A stretch of DNA of 64,000 nucleotides, taken from the NCBI GenBank assembly GCA_963806225.1, contig CAWDXG010000004.1, positions 3,968,001 to 4,032,000 of the forward strand. Reading direction: 5' to 3'. The notes under the pieces are model-generated. The model worked only from the letters and a program-made list of their open reading frames with translations. It did not search any database and was not told the origin of the DNA. Within the stretch, counting starts at the first letter, position 1; every line of letters begins with the position of its first letter. The position numbers and the translations under genes are program-made. The DNA comes from an uncultured delta proteobacterium (GTDB taxonomy: Bacteria; Myxococcota_A; Polyangia; Polyangiales; Polyangiaceae). Shown here piece after piece: positions 38,055 through 46,838 of the stretch.

Positions 38055-38795
38055 ATGGGACAGACGCGCGTGCTTCTTCACTCGCACATGGGCTGGCGAC
38101 GGCTGACGGCGGGGACGTATCTGCTGGGACGCAGCAAGGACTGCGACATCGTGATCCCTAGCAATCGCGCGTCACGCCGGCATGCGCGGCTCACCGTGAC
38201 GGAGTCTGCCGCCTGGGTGGAAGATCTCGGGAGCGCGAACGGGACGCACGTCAACGGCATTCCCATCAAGGGTCGGCAGGAGCTCCACCACCAGGACTTC
38301 CTGGGGGTCGGCGCCGGCGCGCTGGAGGTCTCGCTGGAGCCGGACGAGGGCGCGCCGCGCGCCGAGGTGCTCCGCCCGCGGAGCACGGTCCCGCCTCCGC
38401 AGGATGCGACGAACGAAGCGACAATCGGCGCAAGCGACGACGAAGGCCCCGAACACGCGATCGAGGGCTGGGCCGACGGCGCGCTGACCGCGGCCCGTGC
38501 AGGTCAGCTCGACGACGGCCGGACGCGGCGCTCGGCGATGCAGTTCGGCGTCCAGCGTGCCTCGGGCCGGCCCGCAGCGCGCTGGGTCGATTTCGTGGTG
38601 GAGCTGGCTTCGCTGGGGATCGCGCTGGAGCTCGAGCGCGCCCGCGCGTTGACCACCGCTATCGAGCAGGTAGGCGTCGACGCGACCTTGACCGACGCGT
38701 ACCTCGCACGGCTCCGCGCACTGCCACCTAGCCCCGAACAGCAGGCGCTGTGCGCCGAGGTCGAGGGCTGGCTCAGCAAAGCGCGTCGCGGCTAG
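38055..38795 (+). CDS. FHA domain protein
   Basis: LGRSKDCD..SRRHA..DLGSANGTHVNG. Confidence 0.85.
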   Translation: MGQTRVLLHSHMGWRRLTAGTYLLGRSKDCDIVIPSNRASRRHARLTVTESAAWVEDLGSANGTHVNGIPIKGRQELHHQDFLGVGAGALEVSLEPDEGAPRAEVLRPRSTVPPPQDATNEATIGASDDEGPEHAIEGWADGALTAARAGQLDDGRTRRSAMQFGVQRASGRPAARWVDFVVELASLGIALELERARALTTAIEQVGVDATLTDAYLARLRALPPSPEQQALCAEVEGWLSKARRG

Positions 38796-38853
38796 GCGTC
38801 GAGCCGGAGGGGGATGCAGCGAACCGCGCTGGGCTCTGCTACTGTGCGCGGCG

Positions 38854-39477
38854 ATGCATCACGTACCGCACGACACCGGATGGATCGAAGTCATCACCGG
38901 TTGCATGTTCAGCGGCAAGACGGAGGAGCTCATCCGTCGTCTCAACCGCGCGCGCTATGCGCGGCAGAGCGTGCGCATCTTCAAACCGCGCATCGATTCA
39001 CGCTACGCCGCGGACAGCGTCGTCAGCCATTCGCAGCAGGAGCTCAGCGCGCTCGCTGTCGATGACCCGTACGACATCCTCGAGCATGTCGACGACGTCG
39101 ACGTGGTCGGGATCGACGAAGCGCAGTTCCTCGGCGAGCACGTGGTGGCCGTGGCGGAGCGGCTGGCGGACGACGGCAAGCGTGTCGTCGTCGCCGGTCT
39201 CGACCAGGACTTCCTCGGGCGCCCCTTCGACCCGATGCCGCACCTGATGGCGATCGCCGAGTACGTCACCAAGAACCTGGCGATCTGCATGCGCTGCGGC
39301 AATCCCGCCGACCGCTCGCAGCGCCTGGTGCGCCGTGAAGCCACCGTCGTGGTGGGCGGCACGGAGGCCTACGAGGCGCGCTGCCGGCGCTGTTTCGATC
39401 CGTCGCTCTCCACCGCGACGCAGGGTGCGCTTTTCCACAGCCAGCCGCCCGAGGACGGGGACCTCACCGGCAGCTGA
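38854..39477 (+). CDS. tdk: Thymidine kinase
   Basis: GCMFSGKTEEL, IDEAQF, AGLDQDF, C..C..Y.ARCR.C. Confidence 0.95.
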   Translation: MHHVPHDTGWIEVITGCMFSGKTEELIRRLNRARYARQSVRIFKPRIDSRYAADSVVSHSQQELSALAVDDPYDILEHVDDVDVVGIDEAQFLGEHVVAVAERLADDGKRVVVAGLDQDFLGRPFDPMPHLMAIAEYVTKNLAICMRCGNPADRSQRLVRREATVVVGGTEAYEARCRRCFDPSLSTATQGALFHSQPPEDGDLTGS

Positions 39478-39577
39478 GCCGCGCTAGCGCGCCGTGTCAG
39501 GCCCCGGGGGCCGTTACTCCGGGCGGAGGCCTGTCATTCCTTGCCAGCAGCGGCCGGCCAGCCCACCATGCGGCTAG

Positions 39578-40279
39578 ATGGTTCGACTGACCTGGGTGCT
39601 CGCCGCCTCGCTGCTCGTCGCCTGCGGCGGCAGCAGCAATGGTGATTTGACATCGGGTACCGGCGGTTCGCACGCGGACGCGTCGGCTGGCAGCGGCGGC
39701 AGCGCCGCCGGGGGCAGCGCCGGTGCGACAACCGGTGGCAGCGGCGGGTTGGCCGCTGGCGCGGGCGGCACGAGCGGCGGCGCAGGTGGCGCGACCGGCG
39801 GAACGGGGGGGGCAACGGGCGGCACGGGCGGCGCAACCGGTGGCGCAGGTGGCGCAACCGGTGGCGCAGGTGGCGCAACGGGCGGCACGGGCGGCATGTC
39901 CGGCGCGGGCAACGTGAAGTGCGGCCTGAAGCTCTGCGCCGTCTCGACGCAGAGCTGCTGCTTCGGCGACAACGTCACGCCCTATTGCTACAAGAAAGAC
40001 GCTCTCGCCGGCTGCAAGTGCACGGGGCTGCTCTGCGAGAAGGCCGTCGTCGACTGCGATGGACCGGAGGACTGCGGAACCGGCCAGGTGTGCTGCGCCA
40101 CGAAGGGCGTCACCGGCTCACACTTCGATCGCCTCTTCTGCAGCAAGACCTGCCAGAGCGGCATCGGCACCACCGCCGCCGTGGTCTGTCACCTGAACGC
40201 CTCCGGCACCTGCGCGAACGGCAAGGCCTGCGTCGCCGACAAGCGCCTGCCCGGCGGATACGGCAGCTGCGCACCGTGA
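39578..40279 (+). CDS. Gly-rich, Cys-rich lipoprotein
   Basis: Lipobox LVAC, GGAT/GGT linker, CDGPEDC..QVCC. Confidence 0.75.
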   Translation: MVRLTWVLAASLLVACGGSSNGDLTSGTGGSHADASAGSGGSAAGGSAGATTGGSGGLAAGAGGTSGGAGGATGGTGGATGGTGGATGGAGGATGGAGGATGGTGGMSGAGNVKCGLKLCAVSTQSCCFGDNVTPYCYKKDALAGCKCTGLLCEKAVVDCDGPEDCGTGQVCCATKGVTGSHFDRLFCSKTCQSGIGTTAAVVCHLNASGTCANGKACVADKRLPGGYGSCAP

Positions 40280-40308
40280 TCGCGGCGCACGGCCGCCCTT
40301 TTCGAACG

Positions 40309-43300
40309 CTACGACGCCGCGTCCGCTTTCAGGCACGCGCCGAGCTCGCTCAGCATGCGGTCGGCGAGGCCCAGGCCGTCGGGGAAGGCTTCGGTATCGA
40401 GGGCGCGGCGCGTGAGACGGGCGTCGGGAGTGAGCTTGTAGGGTGAGCCTTTGCGGGCAACCAGCCCGCCGACCTTGACGGGATCGAGCGGCGTGTCGTC
40501 GCGCAGGTGCAAGGTCGCGCTGCGGGCGCGTGCCTCGAGACCCAGCGCCGAGAGCCGGCGCAGCTCGGTCTTCAGCCGCATCAGCTCGACCAGCCGCCGC
40601 GCCTCGATGGGCGGCGGGCCGAAGCGGTCCTGCATGCCAGCGGCGATCTCGTCCACCTCGGCCTCGTCGGCGGCGCTGGCGAGGCGCTTGTAGAGCGAGA
40701 GCCGGACGCCCACGTCGTCGACGTAGTCGTCCGGGAGCAGCGCGTCGACGTCCAGCGACAACTCCGGGTCCACGTCCTGCGTCACCGGCTCGCCGCGCAG
40801 CTCGTGCGTCGCGTCCTCCAGCATCTGCACGAACAGGTCGAGTCCCACGCTCGCCACGAAGCCACTCTGCTCCGCGCCCAGCAGCTCGCCTGCGCCGCGC
40901 AGCTCCATGTCCAGCGTGGCGATGTGGAAGCCGGAGCCGAGCTCGGTGTAGCGCTCCAGCGCCTCGATACGCATCCGCGCCTCGTCGCTGAGCTGTCCAG
41001 GCGGCGGCACCAGCAGGTAGCAGTAGGCGCGCTCGCTCGAACGACCGACACGACCGCGCAACTGATAGAGCTGCGCCAGACCGAACAGATCCGCGCGGTC
41101 GATGACCATGGTGTTGGCGCGCGGGATGTCGAGGCCGCTCTCGATGATGGCTGTGGCGACCAGAATGTCGTACTCGCCGGCCACGAAGTCGAGCATGGTG
41201 CGCTCCAGCGCGCTCTCGCTCATCTGGCCGTGACCGATCGCGATGCGCGCCGTCGGCACCAGCGACTGCAGGCGCGCCGCGCGCTCGTGGATGCCCTCGA
41301 CCCGATTGTAGACGTAGAACACCTGTCCACCGCGGGACAGTTCGCGCTCCACCGCTTCGCGCACCACGCTTTCGTCGAAGCGCGAGGTGATGGTGCGGAT
41401 CGCGCGGCGGTCGACCGGTGCCGTGGTGATCAGCGACATGTCGCGCAGACCCGCGACGGCCATCTGCAGCGTGCGTGGGATGGGCGTCGCGCTCAGCGTG
41501 AGCGCGTCCACACTCTGGCGGATCTGCTTGATGCGCTCCTTGTGCGTGACGCCGAAGCGCTGCTCCTCGTCCACGACCAGCAGGCCCAGGTTCTTGAAGT
41601 GCACGTCCTTGCTGAGCAGGCGATGCGTGCCGACGACCACGTCGACTTTGCCCTGTTTCAGGCCCTTGAGCGTGTCCTGCTGCTCCTTCTTCGACTCGAA
41701 GCGGCTGAGCACGCGCACGTCGACCGGATAGTCCTGAAGACGGGTCCCGAACGTGAGGTAGTGCTGCTGCGCCAGCACCGTGGTCGGGCAGAGCAGCGCG
41801 ACCTGACGACCGTGCATCACCTCGCGGAACGTGGCGCGCAGCGCGACCTCCGTCTTGCCGAAGCCGACGTCGCCGCACACCAGGCGGTCCATCACGCGCT
41901 CGTCCGACAGGTCACGCATCACGTCGCTGATCGCCTGGACCTGGTCGCGCGTCTCCTCGTAGGGGAAGCCCGCCTCGAACGCTGCGTACTCGTCGTCGGG
42001 CGGCGGCAGCGGGTCCTTCTTCATCAGCGCGCGCTCGGCGTACAGGCGCAGGAGGTCGTCGGCCATCTGCCGGACGCGCCGGCGCACCTTGGCCTTGGTC
42101 TTCGCGAAGGACTGCCCGCCGAGCCGATCGATGCGCGGCGAGCCTTCTCCGCCGGAGTACTTCTGGATCTGGTTCAGGCGGTAGACAGGGACGAACAGCT
42201 TGTCGCCGCCCTGGTACTCCACCACGAGCAGCTCGACGCTCACGTCGCCGATTGTGCGGCGCTCGAGCCCCAGGTAGCGGCCGATGCCGTGCTCGACGTG
42301 CACCACGTGATCGCCCGGTGCGAGCGCGCGCAGATCCTCGAGCACGGCGCGCGCCGAGCGCTTGCGCGCCGGAGCGCGATGGCGCCGCTGGCCGAAGATC
42401 TCCTCCTCGGTGACGAGCGCGAAGCCCTCCGCCGGTGCGATTACCCCACGGGAAAGCTCGCCCACGACGATCTGCGCGGCCGCGGAGTCGCGTCCCCCGC
42501 CGTCGTCGACGCGCACGTCCACGGCCACGCCGCGGTGCGAGAGCAGCGCTCCGACGCGCTCGGCCTGCGTCGCGCCGCGAGCGGTGATCGCGACGGACAG
42601 CCCGGCCTCGTGCCAGGCGTCGATGCGGCGCACCAGCGGGTCGAGCGCCCCCTGCCGCCCACTGGCGAGCCGCGCCGTCTTGACCGCGCGCTGCAGGTCG
42701 GCCTGGTCGCGCATGGCAAGCGTAGGCGCGTCGGGCGGCACCACCCCGAGCCGCTCCAGACCCGTTTCCTCGTCGGGCGGCGCGCCCGCGATGCCGGCGC
42801 GATGCGCCGCCACGACACTGCGCAGCGCGATCTCGCGGCCCAGCTCGGCCCGCTCCACGTACAGGGCATCGATCGGGAAATGCGGCGCACCGGCGCGCGC
42901 GGCCAGCGCCTCGTGCGCGCGCTCCAGCTCCTCGTCGAGCGCGCGCAGCACCGCCACCGGGTCCTCGACGACCACGGCCGCGTCGGCGGGCAGCGAGTCG
43001 AGCAGCGGCTCGAGCCGATAGAACGCGGGCAGGTAGCCCTCCGCGCCGAAGAACGCCGTCCCGCTCGACACGTCGCCAGAAAGCCGCCGCGCCTTCGTGG
43101 ACGGGTAGTTCACGGCGTCGCACAGCGAGCGCATCACGGCGAGGGCGCGATCCTCGGTGTCCGGCGTGACGATCGCCTCGCGCGCGGGCGCCAGCCACAG
43201 CGCCTCCACCGCATCGAGCGTGCGCTGGTCCTCGGGGTCGAATGCCCGCAGCGAGCTCACGAGGTCGCCGTCCAGCTCGGCGCGCACCGGGAGCTCTGCT

Positions 43301-43929
43301 TCCGCACCCCACACGTCGACGATGCCGCCGCGCAGCGCGAAGCTGCCCGGGTCCTCCACGACCGGCACGCGCAGGTAGCCCGCCGCGACGAGCTTCTGCG
43401 AGAGCACGGCCGTGTCGAGCTCCTCGCCGGCAACGAGGCGCGGCGCCGCCTCGGCCAGCACGCGCGCGGGCGGCACGCGACGGAGAAGCCCCGCGGGGGT
43501 CGTCACCAGAAAGCGCCACGACTCGCCCCGCGCGAGCCGGAACAGCGTGCTCGAACGCGCCATGGCCGCGCGGCGATCGGGATGCACCTCGGCGTAGGGG
43601 CTCGAATCGGACGGCACCAGGAGCAGTGTGTCGCCCTCGACGGCGTCGCCCAGAGCGCCGCCGAACGGCAGTCCCCGCGAGAGGTACGCGAGATCCGCGG
43701 CGGCGCGGCGCGCAGCGTCGTTGTCGGCCGCCACGTACAGCACCGGCGCCACGCGCGACAGCGCGCGGGCCACCAGCGCCGGCGCCGAACCTTCCGCCCC
43801 CACCACGTGCTGCACGGCGGCTCCCGCGACCGCGCGCTTTGCGGCGTCCGCTGCGGTGAGGATCGGACGATCGCCGGGCAGCCTGAGCGGCTCCGTGACG
43901 TCGTCGATCGGGGGCTCGGAGTCGGCCAT
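40309..43929 (-). CDS. mfd: Transcription-repair coupling factor
   Basis: RGGIVD, VVHVEHGIGRY, GDVGFGKTEVA, DEEQRFGV, SATPIPRTL, QLRGRVGR, TRCF tail. Confidence 0.97.
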   Translation of the reverse strand: MADSEPPIDDVTEPLRLPGDRPILTAADAAKRAVAGAAVQHVVGAEGSAPALVARALSRVAPVLYVAADNDAARRAAADLAYLSRGLPFGGALGDAVEGDTLLLVPSDSSPYAEVHPDRRAAMARSSTLFRLARGESWRFLVTTPAGLLRRVPPARVLAEAAPRLVAGEELDTAVLSQKLVAAGYLRVPVVEDPGSFALRGGIVDVWGAEAELPVRAELDGDLVSSLRAFDPEDQRTLDAVEALWLAPAREAIVTPDTEDRALAVMRSLCDAVNYPSTKARRLSGDVSSGTAFFGAEGYLPAFYRLEPLLDSLPADAAVVVEDPVAVLRALDEELERAHEALAARAGAPHFPIDALYVERAELGREIALRSVVAAHRAGIAGAPPDEETGLERLGVVPPDAPTLAMRDQADLQRAVKTARLASGRQGALDPLVRRIDAWHEAGLSVAITARGATQAERVGALLSHRGVAVDVRVDDGGGRDSAAAQIVVGELSRGVIAPAEGFALVTEEEIFGQRRHRAPARKRSARAVLEDLRALAPGDHVVHVEHGIGRYLGLERRTIGDVSVELLVVEYQGGDKLFVPVYRLNQIQKYSGGEGSPRIDRLGGQSFAKTKAKVRRRVRQMADDLLRLYAERALMKKDPLPPPDDEYAAFEAGFPYEETRDQVQAISDVMRDLSDERVMDRLVCGDVGFGKTEVALRATFREVMHGRQVALLCPTTVLAQQHYLTFGTRLQDYPVDVRVLSRFESKKEQQDTLKGLKQGKVDVVVGTHRLLSKDVHFKNLGLLVVDEEQRFGVTHKERIKQIRQSVDALTLSATPIPRTLQMAVAGLRDMSLITTAPVDRRAIRTITSRFDESVVREAVERELSRGGQVFYVYNRVEGIHERAARLQSLVPTARIAIGHGQMSESALERTMLDFVAGEYDILVATAIIESGLDIPRANTMVIDRADLFGLAQLYQLRGRVGRSSERAYCYLLVPPPGQLSDEARMRIEALERYTELGSGFHIATLDMELRGAGELLGAEQSGFVASVGLDLFVQMLEDATHELRGEPVTQDVDPELSLDVDALLPDDYVDDVGVRLSLYKRLASAADEAEVDEIAAGMQDRFGPPPIEARRLVELMRLKTELRRLSALGLEARARSATLHLRDDTPLDPVKVGGLVARKGSPYKLTPDARLTRRALDTEAFPDGLGLADRMLSELGACLKADAAS

Positions 43930-44031
43930 CGGCGAGAGCCCCACCTAGCACATCAGCCGGGCCAGCGCGCCGGGCGTCGGCGGGACGCGAACCACTGACC
44001 GACGGGGCAGGAAGCGGCTTGCAGGCGCCCG

Positions 44032-44506
44032 CTAGTCCGACGCAGCGCGTAGCACGCCCTCGAATCGGTCGAGATCGTCCGCCACCAGCGGATCCACGCG
44101 CAGCGCGTCGTCGGCGACGCGGCGCAGCTTGGCCGGATCCATGTCGACCGCATAGGCGTGCCGCAGGAAGTGACGGGACTGCAAGAGCTCGCGCAACAGC
44201 GCCGCCGTCGCGGGCGACAGCACGCGCGGCCGTACGCGATCCACGTCCAGCTCCAGTTGATGCAGCAGATCCTGGTGCCAGCGGTCCGAGCGGCTCGGCG
44301 TGCCCTCGAAGGATGCGCTCGAAGGCGCTCTCGAGCGCGGAGTAGTAGTGGTGCAACGCCAAGGCCGCCACGGCGAGCCTCGCATCGCCCCCGGTCCACT
44401 CCGCGCCTGCCAACGCGCCTGCGACCACGTCGCGCTGGCGCTTCGCCGCCGCGCGGTCCGCGCGGATCTCCGCTACCAGGCGCAGGAGCTCGGCCGCTTC
44501 AGCCAT
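44032..44506 (-). pseudogene. HEPN (HepT-like) ribonuclease toxin, frameshifted at ~44311
   Basis: LHHYYSALESAFERI / FEG..WHQDLL..RHFLRHAY (RX4H) in two frames. Confidence 0.75.
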
Positions 44507-44880
44507 GCAGCCGCTCCCGTTGTTGCGATGACGGTGGCGAGTGCTTGCGGCGCGTCCTCGAGCGTCACCAGATCCACGGGCACCGGCGCGCGCTCCTGGA
44601 CTTCCGAAAGTGCCGTGAAGTACCCGGACGGTGCCACGCCACGCACGGCCAGGTCCAGATCCGACCGCTCGTGCGGCGTGCCGCCCGAGAGCGATCCGAA
44701 CAGCCACACCTCGCGCGCTCCGTGTCGCTCGACCAGGATCTGCACCAGCTCTGGCAGCGCGGCGCGCATCGATTCGACGCGGCCTCGCACCCGGGCCTCG
44801 CGTTGCGCCCGCAAGCGCGCGAAATGCTGCCGGACGGTAGCACGAGCGCGGTGGCCGGGGAGGCCCTGGGGCACGCTCAT
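44473..44880 (-). CDS. MNT minimal nucleotidyltransferase antitoxin
   Basis: VWLFGSL..SDLDLAV..VDLV; directly upstream of the HEPN gene. Confidence 0.85.
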   Translation of the reverse strand: MSVPQGLPGHRARATVRQHFARLRAQREARVRGRVESMRAALPELVQILVERHGAREVWLFGSLSGGTPHERSDLDLAVRGVAPSGYFTALSEVQERAPVPVDLVTLEDAPQALATVIATTGAAAWLKRPSSCAW

Positions 44881-44983
44881 TGGCCCCTGTCACGTCTGGA
44901 TCGCGTAGAGCTGGCCCACGCGGAAATGGCACCGAGTCGATCGAAGCGCGCTTCTTCGACGGTCCTCCCGCGGCCCGGCAGCG

Positions 44984-46678
44984 TCACTTCGCGGGCACGC
45001 TGGCGGCCTCTCGGTTGCCGGGGATGAAGACCGAGACGCGGGTGCCACGGTCTATCCCGCTCTCGACCTCGATTGCGCCACCGAGCTGACGGACGAGGGC
45101 GGACACGGTCGACAGCCCCAGGCCGGACCCCTTGCCGACCTCCTTGGTCGTGAAGAACGGCTCGAACATCCTCAACCGCGTCGGCTTGTCCATCCCGACA
45201 CCCGAGTCCTTCACGTCGAGGCGCACGTAGTGGGCTTCCGCGCGGCAATCGTGGTGCGGCGGCAGCTCGTCCGACGGGAAGGTCCGGATCAACAAGGTGC
45301 CGCCCCCCGGCATCGCGTCGCGGGCATTGGCGCCGAGATTCAGCAGCATCTGCTCGAGCTGCACTTCGTCGGCGACGACGATCCACCCGGGCGCGCCGAG
45401 CTCGATTTCGACCGTGATCCACGCCGGGACGAGCCGCTCGACGAGCGCGCCCGCAACTTCGATCAAGTCGTCGATACGAATCGGCCTGGAGTCAACGTCC
45501 TGCTTGTAGGAAAACAACGTCAGCTGCCCGACCAGCTTGCTGCCTCGCTTCGCGGCGTTTGCTGCGCGGTCGATATGGTCATCTGCGCGCGGACGCGGGA
45601 TGCTATCGGCACGGGCCAGGCTCAAGCATCCCACAATGGCCTGGAGCACGTTGCCGAAGTCGTGCGCAACGCCGGCTGCGAACGCGCCGACAGCCTCCAT
45701 CTTCTGTGCATGGCGCAACCCTTCTTCGAGATCACGCTCGTTGGTGATGTCCTGGAAGACGAGCGCGTCCCGTGCGGTGCCGCCATCCTCTTCGGCGATC
45801 GGGAAGGCACGCGCGCGCAGCCAGCGGACTTGTCCGTCGGGCCTCTGGATGCGGTGCGCCTCGTCGAACGGGCGACCCTCGAGCGAACGCTCATAGGCTT
45901 CGCCAACGCGCTCTCGATCCGCCGGATGGACCCGGTCGAGCCACTGCGCGCCGGAGCGGCACAGGTCGGAGACCGGCATGCCCCAGATCCGCTCGAACGC
46001 CGGGCTGGCGTAGCTCACACTCCGCGTGTCGCGCCGGGCGAGCAAGAAGGCGTCGTCCACGCGCTCGGCGATCTGGCGGAACCTCGCCTCGCTCTCACGG
46101 CTCGAAGCCTGGGCCTTCGTCCGCGCCTGTTCGGCCTCGTGGACGCGGGACAGGTCGACAACGACAGCGCGGCACGTGGCGCGGGTTGCTGTCGCGCCGC
46201 TAGAGGCGACCGATTCGATGCGCACGGGGATCCCGCGGCCTCCAACCGTGATCCCCAGGTCGCAACCCTGCCTCATCAGACTGGTGAACACGTGCCTTAG
46301 ATGCAGATGAAACTTGTCCGCGTCATCGCGGGTCATGAAGGAACCCAGCGGCCGGCCGACGAGGCGCGCACGCTCGATGCCCAGAAGCGCCGCCGCGGCC
46401 AGATTGGCATCGCAGATCCTCCCTGAAGAGTCGAGGACCAGGTGCGCGACGGGCGCAAGGTCGTACAGCTCGCGATAGCGATCAAGGCTGGCGGAGATCT
46501 CGCTCTGCGCGTTCCTCAGCTCCTCGTTCTGCAGCTCCAGCTCGACCCGGTGCACCTCGAGCTCGTAGATCAGACGCCGGAGGTCCGCTTCGCGCGGTAC
46601 AGCACGCCTGACGCTCTCGTGCTGGAGCAACGTCTCGGCGCGTTGCCTCAGTTCTTCCAGACTTGTTGCTCTACCCAT
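44984..46678 (-). CDS. PAS-domain sensor histidine kinase
   Basis: Two PAS domains, AHDFGN H-box, NARDAM, DSGVGM, FFTTK, GSGLGL; no receiver domain. Confidence 0.92.
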   Translation of the reverse strand: MGRATSLEELRQRAETLLQHESVRRAVPREADLRRLIYELEVHRVELELQNEELRNAQSEISASLDRYRELYDLAPVAHLVLDSSGRICDANLAAAALLGIERARLVGRPLGSFMTRDDADKFHLHLRHVFTSLMRQGCDLGITVGGRGIPVRIESVASSGATATRATCRAVVVDLSRVHEAEQARTKAQASSRESEARFRQIAERVDDAFLLARRDTRSVSYASPAFERIWGMPVSDLCRSGAQWLDRVHPADRERVGEAYERSLEGRPFDEAHRIQRPDGQVRWLRARAFPIAEEDGGTARDALVFQDITNERDLEEGLRHAQKMEAVGAFAAGVAHDFGNVLQAIVGCLSLARADSIPRPRADDHIDRAANAAKRGSKLVGQLTLFSYKQDVDSRPIRIDDLIEVAGALVERLVPAWITVEIELGAPGWIVVADEVQLEQMLLNLGANARDAMPGGGTLLIRTFPSDELPPHHDCRAEAHYVRLDVKDSGVGMDKPTRLRMFEPFFTTKEVGKGSGLGLSTVSALVRQLGGAIEVESGIDRGTRVSVFIPGNREAASVPAK

Positions 46679-46838
46679 GCATCCCCCTGCGTCCGGAACT
46701 ATCGAACCGGCACGAAGCCGCAAGATACGAGGAGAGCGCAATGCGGGCGTCGCCGCAATAGGCGCCCACCGGAAACAATGGAAAGCCCCGGATTGTCTCC
46801 TGGAACTTTCGGCGCTTCGGCGAATAGCGCCAGCTCGG

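Noticed and set aside
40507..43998. 1163-aa ORF antisense to mfd, and similar long ORFs (41912..44932, 16775..19597, 46677..48710, 1447..3243)
   Set aside because: Shadow frames typical of high-GC codon bias; no recognisable motifs
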